Shown here piece by piece: positions 52,854 through 61,905 of a stretch of 64,000 nucleotides of DNA. Position 1 is the first letter of the stretch; each line of letters starts with the position of its first letter. This DNA is from an uncultured Spirochaetales bacterium (GTDB taxonomy: Bacteria > Spirochaetota > Spirochaetia > JAFGXN01), in the NCBI GenBank assembly GCA_949289575.1, contig CASEOG010000001.1:105730-169729 (forward strand), in the 5' to 3' direction. The notes beneath the pieces are model-generated. The model made no database searches. It saw nothing but the letters and a program-made list of their open reading frames with translations, and was not told where the DNA came from. Made by a program: the position numbers and the translations under genes.

Positions 52854-55022
52854 TCAGCCGACATTTCCGTTACGGATTTTTTCCGTGCGTAAAGGCTGTC
52901 CGGCTGCCGTCAGCCGCACCCCCTGCACCCCAACGGCAAATTCGCTGACCGTCATCGGCACTTCGAAAAAGCGGTCGATTTTAATTTCGGCGGGTGTCTC
53001 TGTCTCCGCAAATCCCTCGGGAAGAACCGGTGTTCCTTCGGCCGCATCGGTTGTCAGCACTTCAAGCTGTTTGGCTTCGCCTTCACCGCAATCGGCCGCC
53101 AGCAGCATGCCTTCGCTCAGCACACCGCGGAGTTTGGCCGGCTTCAGATTAACGGCCACAATGACTTTCTTTCCCTCCAGCTCCTCTTTCGTACAGTAAG
53201 CCGCCAGCCCCGACACAATCCGCCGCTTACCGAGAGGCCCCAGGTCGATCTGCTCGATATAGAGCTTATCCGCATCGGGATGATTTTCGACCGATTCGAT
53301 TCGTCCCACCGCCAGCCTGACCGTCGAAGCAAACTGCTGCACCGGCGATTTTTCTTCCGCAACCGCCGAAGCCGCCGCGGCCGCCTGCCCTCCGGCATAC
53401 CGGGCCCGTAATTCGGCTATACGATCATCTTCCAGCGGCACAAATAGGATTTCCGCCGGGTGAACGGTTCGAATATCGGTTTTCCGAAGATTTTTCCATT
53501 CCAGCTTCGAGACACCGATCATAGCGGCAATTTTTTCCGCGGTTGCCGGCAAAACCGGAGCCGCCACAACGGCCGCATCGTGAATCAGATTAATCAATGT
53601 ACGAATCAGCGTAGCCGCTTTTTCCGGATTCTCTTTCCGCATCCGCCACGGTTCCCCGTCCTGAAACGCTTTGTTTCCCAAAGAGGTCAACTCGAAAACA
53701 GCCCGGAAAGCATCGCGCAAATCGGCTCTGTCGTAAGCAGCGGTGATTTCATCAAGAATTTTTTTCTCAGCCCCGCGGATTGTTTCATCGAAAGGCGCTT
53801 CGGGAACGTTTCCTTCATAAAACCGGTTGATGAAACTGACCGTCCGGTTCACCAGATTGCCGAAATTCCCGATCAGCTGCGAATTGACTTTTTCCTGAAA
53901 ATCGCTCCATAAGAACTGGACGTCTGACTTTTCGGGGCGGTTGTAGAAAATATAAAACCGCCATACATCGGCCGGGATTCCGGTTTCTTTGGCCTGATCG
54001 CCGAAAACGCCGGTTCCCTTGCTCTTGGAAAACTTTCCGTTTTCGTAATTCAAATATTCGGTTGACGACATGTGATAAAGCGTCGTCCAGTTTTCGCCCG
54101 TTGCCAGCTGACAGGCGGGGAAGATAACGGTATGAAAAGGAATATTGTCTTTGCCGATAAACTGATAGAGTTCGACATCGTCGGGACGGTACCACCACTC
54201 TTTCCAGTCATCGAATTTCGATGCCGTAATCGAAACATATCCGATCGGCGCATCGAACCAGACATAAAAGACCTTATTTTCATATCCCGGTTTCGGCACG
54301 GGAATTCCCCATTTCAGATCACGAGTAATACACCGTTCTTTCAGTCCGTCGCGAATCCAGCTTTTGGTCATCGCCAGCGCATTTTTTGCCCAAAAACCTT
54401 CCTCGCTGCGTTTCTCCATCCACGATTCCAGAAGCGGCAGGACTTTCGGCAAATCGAGATAAAGATGTTTCGTATCGCGGGGTACGGGAGCGGAACCGCA
54501 GCTGCCGCATTTCGGATCGATCAGATCGGTCGGATCCAAAAGTTTTCCGCATTTTTCGCACTGATCGCCGCGGGCTTCTTCGTATCCGCAGTGGGGACAA
54601 ATTCCCCCGACATAGCGGTCGGCCAGAAAACGGTCGCATTTCTCGCAGTAAAGCTGCGTCGTTGTCCGCTCGACAATGTAGCCGGCCTCGTCGACTTTTT
54701 TAAAAATATGCTGAACAATCTCTGTCTGCTTCGGTGTCGATGTACGTCCGAAATGATCGAATTGAATTTCAAACCAGTCGTAAATCTGTTTGTGTATTTC
54801 GTGGTATTTATCGCACAATTCGCGCGGAGAAACCCCCTCCGCCATCGCCTTCGTTTCGGTGGCCGTCCCGTACTCGTCGGTTCCGCAAACAAAGCGGGTT
54901 TCGTACCCGTAACTGCGGCAAAAACGGGCAAAAACATCCCCCGAAAGACACTGAATCAGATTCCCCAAATGAGGAATATTGTTGACATAAGGTAATGCGG
55001 AAGTCACTAATCGCTTTTTCAT
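52854..55022 (-). CDS. metG: Methionine--tRNA ligase with C-terminal tRNA-binding domain
   Basis: TSALPYVNNIPHLGN, GTDEYG, zinc knuckles, YVWFDA, GKDNIPFH, KFSKS, NLKPAKLRG..SEGMLL. Confidence 0.97.
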   Translation of the reverse strand: MKKRLVTSALPYVNNIPHLGNLIQCLSGDVFARFCRSYGYETRFVCGTDEYGTATETKAMAEGVSPRELCDKYHEIHKQIYDWFEIQFDHFGRTSTPKQTEIVQHIFKKVDEAGYIVERTTTQLYCEKCDRFLADRYVGGICPHCGYEEARGDQCEKCGKLLDPTDLIDPKCGSCGSAPVPRDTKHLYLDLPKVLPLLESWMEKRSEEGFWAKNALAMTKSWIRDGLKERCITRDLKWGIPVPKPGYENKVFYVWFDAPIGYVSITASKFDDWKEWWYRPDDVELYQFIGKDNIPFHTVIFPACQLATGENWTTLYHMSSTEYLNYENGKFSKSKGTGVFGDQAKETGIPADVWRFYIFYNRPEKSDVQFLWSDFQEKVNSQLIGNFGNLVNRTVSFINRFYEGNVPEAPFDETIRGAEKKILDEITAAYDRADLRDAFRAVFELTSLGNKAFQDGEPWRMRKENPEKAATLIRTLINLIHDAAVVAAPVLPATAEKIAAMIGVSKLEWKNLRKTDIRTVHPAEILFVPLEDDRIAELRARYAGGQAAAAASAVAEEKSPVQQFASTVRLAVGRIESVENHPDADKLYIEQIDLGPLGKRRIVSGLAAYCTKEELEGKKVIVAVNLKPAKLRGVLSEGMLLAADCGEGEAKQLEVLTTDAAEGTPVLPEGFAETETPAEIKIDRFFEVPMTVSEFAVGVQGVRLTAAGQPLRTEKIRNGNVG

Positions 55023-55066
55023 GTCCTCATGATACCGTTTTTGACGTCGAAAAGCAAGCGTTTGCA

Positions 55067-56125
55067 TCAAATTCTCAAAAATCGTTCCTCGGGATGCCGC
55101 TCCAGATAGGCGGTTACCGTTTCGGTCATCGCATCCGCATTGCGGCCGCAGTTGCGGGCCTCGGAAAAAACGCGGCTTCCGAACCGCAAATTACCGCAAA
55201 AGTAAAACAAAAACCGGGAGAGCCGCGACGATAAAAATTCGGGCGGCTGGTAAAGACAAAAAAGTTCCCGAAAACGCATCAAAACCGCGTAGAGATCGAC
55301 CGTTTCCGGTTCCGCATGCTCTGTGCCGAGTTTCGAAAGCTGCCTGAACAGCCACGGCCGGGCCACCGCTCCGCGGCCGATCATATACCCGTCGGCACCG
55401 AAGCCGCCGGCGGCACCTCCGCTCCCCGTTGCGCCGCTACCGCTCCGGGCGCCCCCGCCGGCACGGAAAAGAAAACTTTCCGCATCGGTAATGTTGCCGT
55501 TTCCGACAACAGGCACCGAAACCGTCTCCTTCAAAAGCGTTACCCAGCGCCAGTCGCCGGTGCGGTTGCGGTTATCCTTCTTCGTCTGCGGATTCAACGT
55601 TATAAAATCGACTCCGCCCTCTTCGAGCGCCGAGGCAAACTCCCGAAAAGCACCTTCATCGGCGGTCCAACCGATTCGCATCTTGACCGACAACGAACGG
55701 CCTTTCACAATCGGCCGCAATGCGGCAATCAGACTGCCGGCCCGGCGGGGATCTTCCATCCAGCAAATCCCCCACCCTTTCCGGACAATCGTATAAGCAC
55801 TGCACCCCATATTGATATCAATCCCGGCACCGGGCAGCCGCATCAGCCGTTCGGCGGCGGCGCAAATCGCATCCGGATCGCTGCCGGCCAGCTGAAAAAC
55901 GGTTCTGTCGGCCAACTTTCCGGCCTCCGAATAAAAACTCTCATACGGGGTATTCGCCGTCAGGGCACCGGCCGAAATCATTTCCGTAAAGAAATAATCG
56001 CATCCTCCGAATTCATCGACCAGCATCCTGAACGGCAGGTGTGTCAGCTCCGCCAGCGGAGCCAGAAAAAACGGTTTTTTACCGGAATTCAAATCGGATA
56101 AAACAGAAATCATCATCTCTCCCAT
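55067..56125 (-). CDS. tRNA-dihydrouridine synthase family protein
   Basis: LAPLA, TEMIS, QLAGSD, IDINMGC, SVKMRIG, GNGNI, MIGRGA...PW.F. Confidence 0.9.
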   Translation of the reverse strand: MGEMMISVLSDLNSGKKPFFLAPLAELTHLPFRMLVDEFGGCDYFFTEMISAGALTANTPYESFYSEAGKLADRTVFQLAGSDPDAICAAAERLMRLPGAGIDINMGCSAYTIVRKGWGICWMEDPRRAGSLIAALRPIVKGRSLSVKMRIGWTADEGAFREFASALEEGGVDFITLNPQTKKDNRNRTGDWRWVTLLKETVSVPVVGNGNITDAESFLFRAGGGARSGSGATGSGGAAGGFGADGYMIGRGAVARPWLFRQLSKLGTEHAEPETVDLYAVLMRFRELFCLYQPPEFLSSRLSRFLFYFCGNLRFGSRVFSEARNCGRNADAMTETVTAYLERHPEERFLRI

Positions 56126-56154
56126 TCGATTCTACCCGATTTGATTCCTTTCCG

Positions 56155-58551
56155 TCAATATCCGAGATATCCGATCGACCCGACACTGTCATACGGAACC
56201 GCTTCGAATCCGCTTTCCCCGTCCCGAACCGCCGCATAGACGGTCTCGCCGCGGTAACCGATTCCGGACGGATACGAAAAGTCGAATCCGTAGTCGGCGG
56301 CAAAGCTGTCCGTACACGACAGCTCCCGCGGATTCGGGAATTCCCGGCCGGGCAGAAGTCCTTCGGTACTGTCGGCCGCCTCCGCACCCCGGTTCCGGCC
56401 CCAAACATACAGTTTTCCGGGATAAAGACCGCTTACCGTCAGATATCCCGCCCCCTTTTGGGCGGTGTCGATATTTTTCAACATCGATTCGGACAACGGC
56501 ATCGGACAACCGACGGAAAATGAAAAATTGAGAAACTCATCCTTTTTCTTGTAGTAAATGTGAGCCATTGTCCCCGATACGGTTACGGCTCCGTTTCGAT
56601 CCGGATAATTCGAGAACCCGTACAAATCATACCCGTATGTCCACGATAACGCCGTATAACGACGATAGAACGAAAGATTTCCGACTTTACACTGAACATT
56701 GTGTTTACGTGAACCGACGGGAATCATCCTCTGTCCGGCAGCCACCGTTGTCATGACATACCGCACCCAATCGGACGTCTCCAATTCAACGGCTCCGACA
56801 GCCGGTGCGGAATAACCGCCCGAAACCGAACCGAGTTCGCGATTACCGTCCGAAAAAACCGCAACCGGCTCGTAGCGGAAATTGACCGGACCGGGTGTTG
56901 CCAGTAAGAAATCGTAATAGCAACTCTCCGAAGTTTCGTACTTTGCCCCGGCAAACCGGATGTGCAGATCTTCTCCGATTTGTTTGGGATAGGAATGAAA
57001 ATGAAAAGTATCGATACCCGGAATTTCATCCCAGGAAAGCCGGACTTTATCCGTAAACGTACGAACGGAAGCCCTCAGCGGCGGTAATTCGGAAGGAAAA
57101 ACGGCGGCACAGGCAAAAGAAGCGACGGTTCGGTTATTTTGCGTTTCCGTATTTTCATCTGCATAGGGATTAATTTTATAGTAAAAGGCTCCGAACCGGT
57201 CAAAAGACGAATCACTCCATGAAACAAATTCGGAAAACGATTCTGTTGCCACATCCGCGACAGGAGAATCCCACTCACTTCTGTCGGTACCGCCGTCAAA
57301 CAGAAGCCGTTCCGTTCTGTAAATCCTGTATCCGCGAATCCGGGAATCGGACGGTTTTTTCCATTTCAAAACAACCGGAGAATCGACCGAACCGTTTCTT
57401 TGCCGACTGCCGTGAGAAACCGAAATCGCAGAAGGAACGGGCAGAGAAGATGATTCCCGACTGAAAAAAAGAACCGACTGTTCCGCGGACCCGCCGGAAG
57501 CAAGAACCTCTCCGTTGCCATCCCCGAAAAGAACAGAAACGGACACATCAAGCCAGCGTGACTCTTTGCCGGCCAGAAGGGACCGAATCTCGGCTTCGCT
57601 TAAAACAAGATTATCCGAAAATCCGTAGCGTAAATCAAAAACACGGGAAACCGTCTCACCGTTTGACGCATCCCGAAATCGGATTTCGAAAGCGGTTACC
57701 TTTTGCCGGAATTCGGCAGGAACAAAAACCCGCACAGCCGCCTTTTCCGCCGAAACATCCCATGCCTCCGTCTGCGGCTTCGGAAACACAAAACCCTCAA
57801 CCTCTTCACTTTCTCGCCCGTAGCGCCCCAAAGAATCAATCGGAACAATGCGGTAATTGTATACAATTCCCGCCTGTGCCGATTTGTCATAATAACAGAC
57901 GGCACCGTTCACGGAAGCGCCCTCAACCGTTTCCCCCGAACCGGACAAAACCCGGGCCGCCTCGACAATTTCCGCTGCCTCCGTCAACAGCTGCGACCCT
58001 TTCCCCGGCTCACGGCGCAAAACCGCATAAGCATGCGCCCCTGCTGCCGGAATAAAAATTACACGAACCGCGTCTGTCACAACGACACCGTCCGTTTCGG
58101 ACAGAAAACCGCCGGCAGACGCCGATAAGACTCTTACCGTTTCCCGATAATCGGGAGCGAAAACGGTAACGGCCGCTTCGGTCGACCGGAACCCTTCCGT
58201 CCCGGCCTCATTGACGGAGGCCGCAGCATAACGCCAGACTCCGGAATGAGTCCTCAACGAAATCTCTTTATCGGTAAACGATGTTCCGGTTACCGGAGCC
58301 GTCGTCACCGGATGCCATTCTCCGCCGCTGCCGGCCGCTCTGTAAACCCGATAACCGGCGGCACCTGCCCGTTCCTTCCATGTCAGCCGCGGCGACACCC
58401 CGTCAAGCGTCACCGAAAACTCCTCCGGCGGTAAAAGCGCGTTTCGAGTCACCGCCGCGTACAGATGTTCCCGCTCGGGACTGTCGGTCCACACCGCAGA
58501 CGGCGCACAGGCAACCGACGTCACGGCCGCCAAAATCAGAAAAATCAACAT
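56155..58551 (-). CDS. FN3-like repeat lipoprotein
   Basis: Hydrophobic N-terminus with VA-C; repeated L.W....A.GY.(V/I)YR and Y.Y.I.P motifs; ATG at 58551 behind AGGAGG. Confidence 0.75.
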   Translation of the reverse strand: MLIFLILAAVTSVACAPSAVWTDSPEREHLYAAVTRNALLPPEEFSVTLDGVSPRLTWKERAGAAGYRVYRAAGSGGEWHPVTTAPVTGTSFTDKEISLRTHSGVWRYAAASVNEAGTEGFRSTEAAVTVFAPDYRETVRVLSASAGGFLSETDGVVVTDAVRVIFIPAAGAHAYAVLRREPGKGSQLLTEAAEIVEAARVLSGSGETVEGASVNGAVCYYDKSAQAGIVYNYRIVPIDSLGRYGRESEEVEGFVFPKPQTEAWDVSAEKAAVRVFVPAEFRQKVTAFEIRFRDASNGETVSRVFDLRYGFSDNLVLSEAEIRSLLAGKESRWLDVSVSVLFGDGNGEVLASGGSAEQSVLFFSRESSSLPVPSAISVSHGSRQRNGSVDSPVVLKWKKPSDSRIRGYRIYRTERLLFDGGTDRSEWDSPVADVATESFSEFVSWSDSSFDRFGAFYYKINPYADENTETQNNRTVASFACAAVFPSELPPLRASVRTFTDKVRLSWDEIPGIDTFHFHSYPKQIGEDLHIRFAGAKYETSESCYYDFLLATPGPVNFRYEPVAVFSDGNRELGSVSGGYSAPAVGAVELETSDWVRYVMTTVAAGQRMIPVGSRKHNVQCKVGNLSFYRRYTALSWTYGYDLYGFSNYPDRNGAVTVSGTMAHIYYKKKDEFLNFSFSVGCPMPLSESMLKNIDTAQKGAGYLTVSGLYPGKLYVWGRNRGAEAADSTEGLLPGREFPNPRELSCTDSFAADYGFDFSYPSGIGYRGETVYAAVRDGESGFEAVPYDSVGSIGYLGY

Positions 58552-58561
58552 TGCCGGCCTC

Positions 58562-59005
58562 CTATAATCCGTTGACAGTGCCGACACGGCTGTAGCGTTC
58601 GACAATCACATCGGGTTTCTCGAAATCGGCCAGAATCAGCCGGTCGCCGTCAAACCGCAACTCGAAACGCTGCTCGGCTTTCCGGTTACCGTCGGGCGCC
58701 AGAAAGAGCGCATAAACGGAACAACCGGCCGTCCGCGACGGAGCATAGACAATGCGCCACAGGCCTTCCGACACCGAATCCTTCACAACCTCTCCGTCGA
58801 CTAAATACGCGATACGGTAAATACCGGCGAAATCCTCCGCATTTTCGGGAACGCCGTCAAACGGAGCAAACCGGATTGCTTTCCGATTGTAACAGCTGCT
58901 TTCCGTATTGCGGTTCACCCAATACCCTTCCAGTCGCTCTGCCCGAACTGCTTCGCAGCCGGCCAGAAGCAACACTCCGACCAGACAAATCAATCCTCTT
59001 TTCAT
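58562..59005 (-). CDS. Small lipoprotein, possibly lipocalin-like beta-barrel
   Basis: MKRGLICLVGVLLLAG-C lipobox, LEGYW motif; RBS AGGAGG. Confidence 0.7.
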   Translation of the reverse strand: MKRGLICLVGVLLLAGCEAVRAERLEGYWVNRNTESSCYNRKAIRFAPFDGVPENAEDFAGIYRIAYLVDGEVVKDSVSEGLWRIVYAPSRTAGCSVYALFLAPDGNRKAEQRFELRFDGDRLILADFEKPDVIVERYSRVGTVNGL

Positions 59006-59018
59006 AAAGAACCTCCTG

Positions 59019-59057
59019 AAAAAAAGAGCATCCCCGATTGAGGATGCTCTCATTTTT
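59019..59057. terminator. Intrinsic terminator-like hairpin between the FN3 gene pairs
   Basis: A7-GAGCATCC-N8-GGATGCTC. Confidence 0.8.
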
Positions 59058-59088
59058 ATTAATGATCAAAAGGTTCTTTTTTTACAAA

Positions 59089-61905
59089 TTAATCGTAAAA
59101 TCCGTAATACATTGTCCAGTCCTCGGAACGCGTATTAATCCAGTTATTCAACGGATATTTAAAATTGATGGTTGTCAGTTCATAACTGTTGGTGGCATCA
59201 TTCTGCCCCAATACACGCTGTTCGTAAGACTTCGGCGGGAAGTAACGAAGGATAATCGAATCGTTTTTCTCGAGTCCCTCATATTTCTGTTTCCGGCCGT
59301 CTGCCTGAGTGATTTCCATCCAGCCGCCCCGCGGTCTGTCGACATACATACCGTTTTCGAGCGTGACCACGATGCGAGACTCCCCGTCATACAACGGTGT
59401 CTTGATTTTGATAATCATATCAAAATTGACATTGGAACCGAATTTAATAGCAATGGCAAACGGTTCGATATGGATATCCCAATCGGGACCCCAGTCGGAA
59501 TAATGTGTCATCCAGCACTGTCCCGAACCGCCGAGACCGTCCACTTTCGCCGTATAGCCGACCTGTCCGCCGTATTCACCCGCTTTGGTCTGCGGCGACG
59601 GCAGCAACTCGATAATAGTCGACAGTGTTCCGTGATACGGCGGATAGAGCAGGTGCCACAGCCGGTTCATCGCCACTTCCCGCATCCACAACAGCAGATG
59701 GGCAAAATCATCGTTAGTCAAAGCCGGATAACCGTACGTCGTATCCAACGATTCCGATTCGGGCCAGCTTCCGCTTCCGGGATTTTTCCACTTGGCAACG
59801 ATTTTATATTCACAGCCGACCGCTTTTTTCATATCAAACGGCATTTTACGATTAATATATTTCCACGCCTCACGGTCCCATGTCCAGTATGTCCAGGTTT
59901 CGCCTTTTTTAATGGGAGCCTCCATCGGTTTAATGGTATCCGCTTCCGGATTGATGTCGGCCGCCAGATTATCTGTAAATGAAAATTCACCGTTGCTGAC
60001 AGTCACACTGCCGAAATCGGCAACCGTTTTTTCTTTCACCGCAATCGGTTTCGACGTATCGGTATCTTTGCCGAAAGAGTAAAGACGCACGATCTTGATA
60101 TCGACATGATTCCCGTAATCGGCCATACCGTCCCATTTCCCTGAAATTTTAATTCTGTTCGGAAAATTTTTATCTCCCTGACTGACCGTCAGCACCGGAA
60201 TTTCGGGTCCGGCCAATCCGGCCTCCGATTCGATGACATTACTGCGTCCGTACAGTTCGGTATCGCCGTCAACGAAAATCTTTGAAACATCACCGCCTTC
60301 GATTGAGCTCTTCTTGGCAGCACAAATTCTGAATTTGTAAGTTCCGGACTGATTGTAATTCGGAATTTGAACAACCACTTTCCGGACATCTGTCGCCAGC
60401 CCGTCGTCCAGAGTAAACGTCCCGTCGCTTACGGGAGAAACGGATCCGTCGTTTTTCACCCAATTCCAAGTTGCGCCGTCATCTTCGGTATACTGCACAT
60501 AGAAAGCATCCCCGAGCGGTGTCGTTTTGAAATCAAAAATCAAATCGATCTGCTGCGGGTAAACCCGTTTGGATGCGGAAATACGTCCTTCTTCCAGGAA
60601 GAAGCCGAATCCGTTATGATTATCCGCGCTGAAATCGGATAATTTTCCGTCAATTTTCGAAGCATTTCGCGCCGAAACCTTATAATAATAGGTATTGGCT
60701 CTCCGGTTGGCGGGAACATCGGATAAATCATCAATGTAATATGTGGCATTCGCTTCCGTAACATCAATCGGCTCGAACGGTGCATCCGGCGAAGAGGCTC
60801 TGTAAATCCGGAATTGCATTCCCGACATTTCTTCCCATTCGATTCGAATACCCGATCCGTAATCTCCCTTCGAGACGTTGAGAATGACGGGAGCGTCGGG
60901 TGCGCCGACGGCCAAAAGCGCGCCGAGAATCGTCACCGTATCGGAACCGACACGCGCATAAACAGCCGTTTCGTTTTCTTCGTAAAACGGAATCACCCTG
61001 TAACGGAATTCGTTTGTTGCCGGGACTCCGACAGAAGAGACATCTGTCGAATAATCGGTATATGAGGTTTGGGAGGTTTTTTCTTTGACGGTACTCCACT
61101 CCAACACATCCGATCCTTCCGTAACCGGCGCTCTTTCGACTTTATAATAGGAAGCGCCCGGAACCGGGTACCAGCTGATGGTGATCTGATTCAGATTTTC
61201 GCGGTACTGTGCCGAAATCCGCCAGACATTGCGGAATAGAGTTCCGGTCGCAAAATAAGACAGGCGGCTTCCCTGCATCGTTGTCTGTTTTTCACTGACC
61301 TTAACCGTATAAACAGCCCGCACCGCATAATGGTAATTCTCTCCTTCAAGCAGAACAGCCGTTTGCCCGGAGCCGTCTCCGGTCGGCTCCGCAGCCGGAG
61401 TCCCCGTATCGGCCGCTCCGTCTCCCTCCGTTCCGGGGTCGGTCGGTTCGCTGCCCTCTCCCGTACCGGGATCCGTCGGCTCACCGCCTTCTTCCGTACC
61501 CGGTGTTTCGGAAGCCGCATAAGCGTTATCGGTCCATTTACACTCTGTCAGACCTTCGGCAATCCGCACCCATGCCGAGGAATCGTCTTGACTGTTTTTC
61601 CGGTAAACGGAGTAAGTGACCGAATCGGTACCGGCCGGTTTTGTTACCGGATGCCAGGTCACTTCCACCTTATCGGGATACCGGTTTTGAGAGGCCGTTA
61701 CATTGCCGGGAAACGGCAGCGACGGCTTAACCAAAAGCCCGTTATCGTCTTTGATCGTCACAAAATAATCGGCAGCATTATCGGGATTTTCGGGTTCTTT
61801 CGCCGTCTGCAACCCGACAAACTTATTGTAGTCATCGATGAAAGTATTTTTACATCCGACGACAGATAATACCAGGAACAAAAATAAAAGGATATTTCGC
61901 TTCAT
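59089..61905 (-). CDS. Large FN3-like repeat lipoprotein
   Basis: Lipobox VVG-C; repeated (A/V)S(Q/K)G..I.I.W..Y.(V/I)YR..Y.Y.V units. Confidence 0.8.
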   Translation of the reverse strand: MKRNILLFLFLVLSVVGCKNTFIDDYNKFVGLQTAKEPENPDNAADYFVTIKDDNGLLVKPSLPFPGNVTASQNRYPDKVEVTWHPVTKPAGTDSVTYSVYRKNSQDDSSAWVRIAEGLTECKWTDNAYAASETPGTEEGGEPTDPGTGEGSEPTDPGTEGDGAADTGTPAAEPTGDGSGQTAVLLEGENYHYAVRAVYTVKVSEKQTTMQGSRLSYFATGTLFRNVWRISAQYRENLNQITISWYPVPGASYYKVERAPVTEGSDVLEWSTVKEKTSQTSYTDYSTDVSSVGVPATNEFRYRVIPFYEENETAVYARVGSDTVTILGALLAVGAPDAPVILNVSKGDYGSGIRIEWEEMSGMQFRIYRASSPDAPFEPIDVTEANATYYIDDLSDVPANRRANTYYYKVSARNASKIDGKLSDFSADNHNGFGFFLEEGRISASKRVYPQQIDLIFDFKTTPLGDAFYVQYTEDDGATWNWVKNDGSVSPVSDGTFTLDDGLATDVRKVVVQIPNYNQSGTYKFRICAAKKSSIEGGDVSKIFVDGDTELYGRSNVIESEAGLAGPEIPVLTVSQGDKNFPNRIKISGKWDGMADYGNHVDIKIVRLYSFGKDTDTSKPIAVKEKTVADFGSVTVSNGEFSFTDNLAADINPEADTIKPMEAPIKKGETWTYWTWDREAWKYINRKMPFDMKKAVGCEYKIVAKWKNPGSGSWPESESLDTTYGYPALTNDDFAHLLLWMREVAMNRLWHLLYPPYHGTLSTIIELLPSPQTKAGEYGGQVGYTAKVDGLGGSGQCWMTHYSDWGPDWDIHIEPFAIAIKFGSNVNFDMIIKIKTPLYDGESRIVVTLENGMYVDRPRGGWMEITQADGRKQKYEGLEKNDSIILRYFPPKSYEQRVLGQNDATNSYELTTINFKYPLNNWINTRSEDWTMYYGFYD

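Noticed and set aside
59038-59982. 314-aa plus-strand ORF
   Set aside because: Antisense to the FN3 lipoprotein, no RBS or motifs
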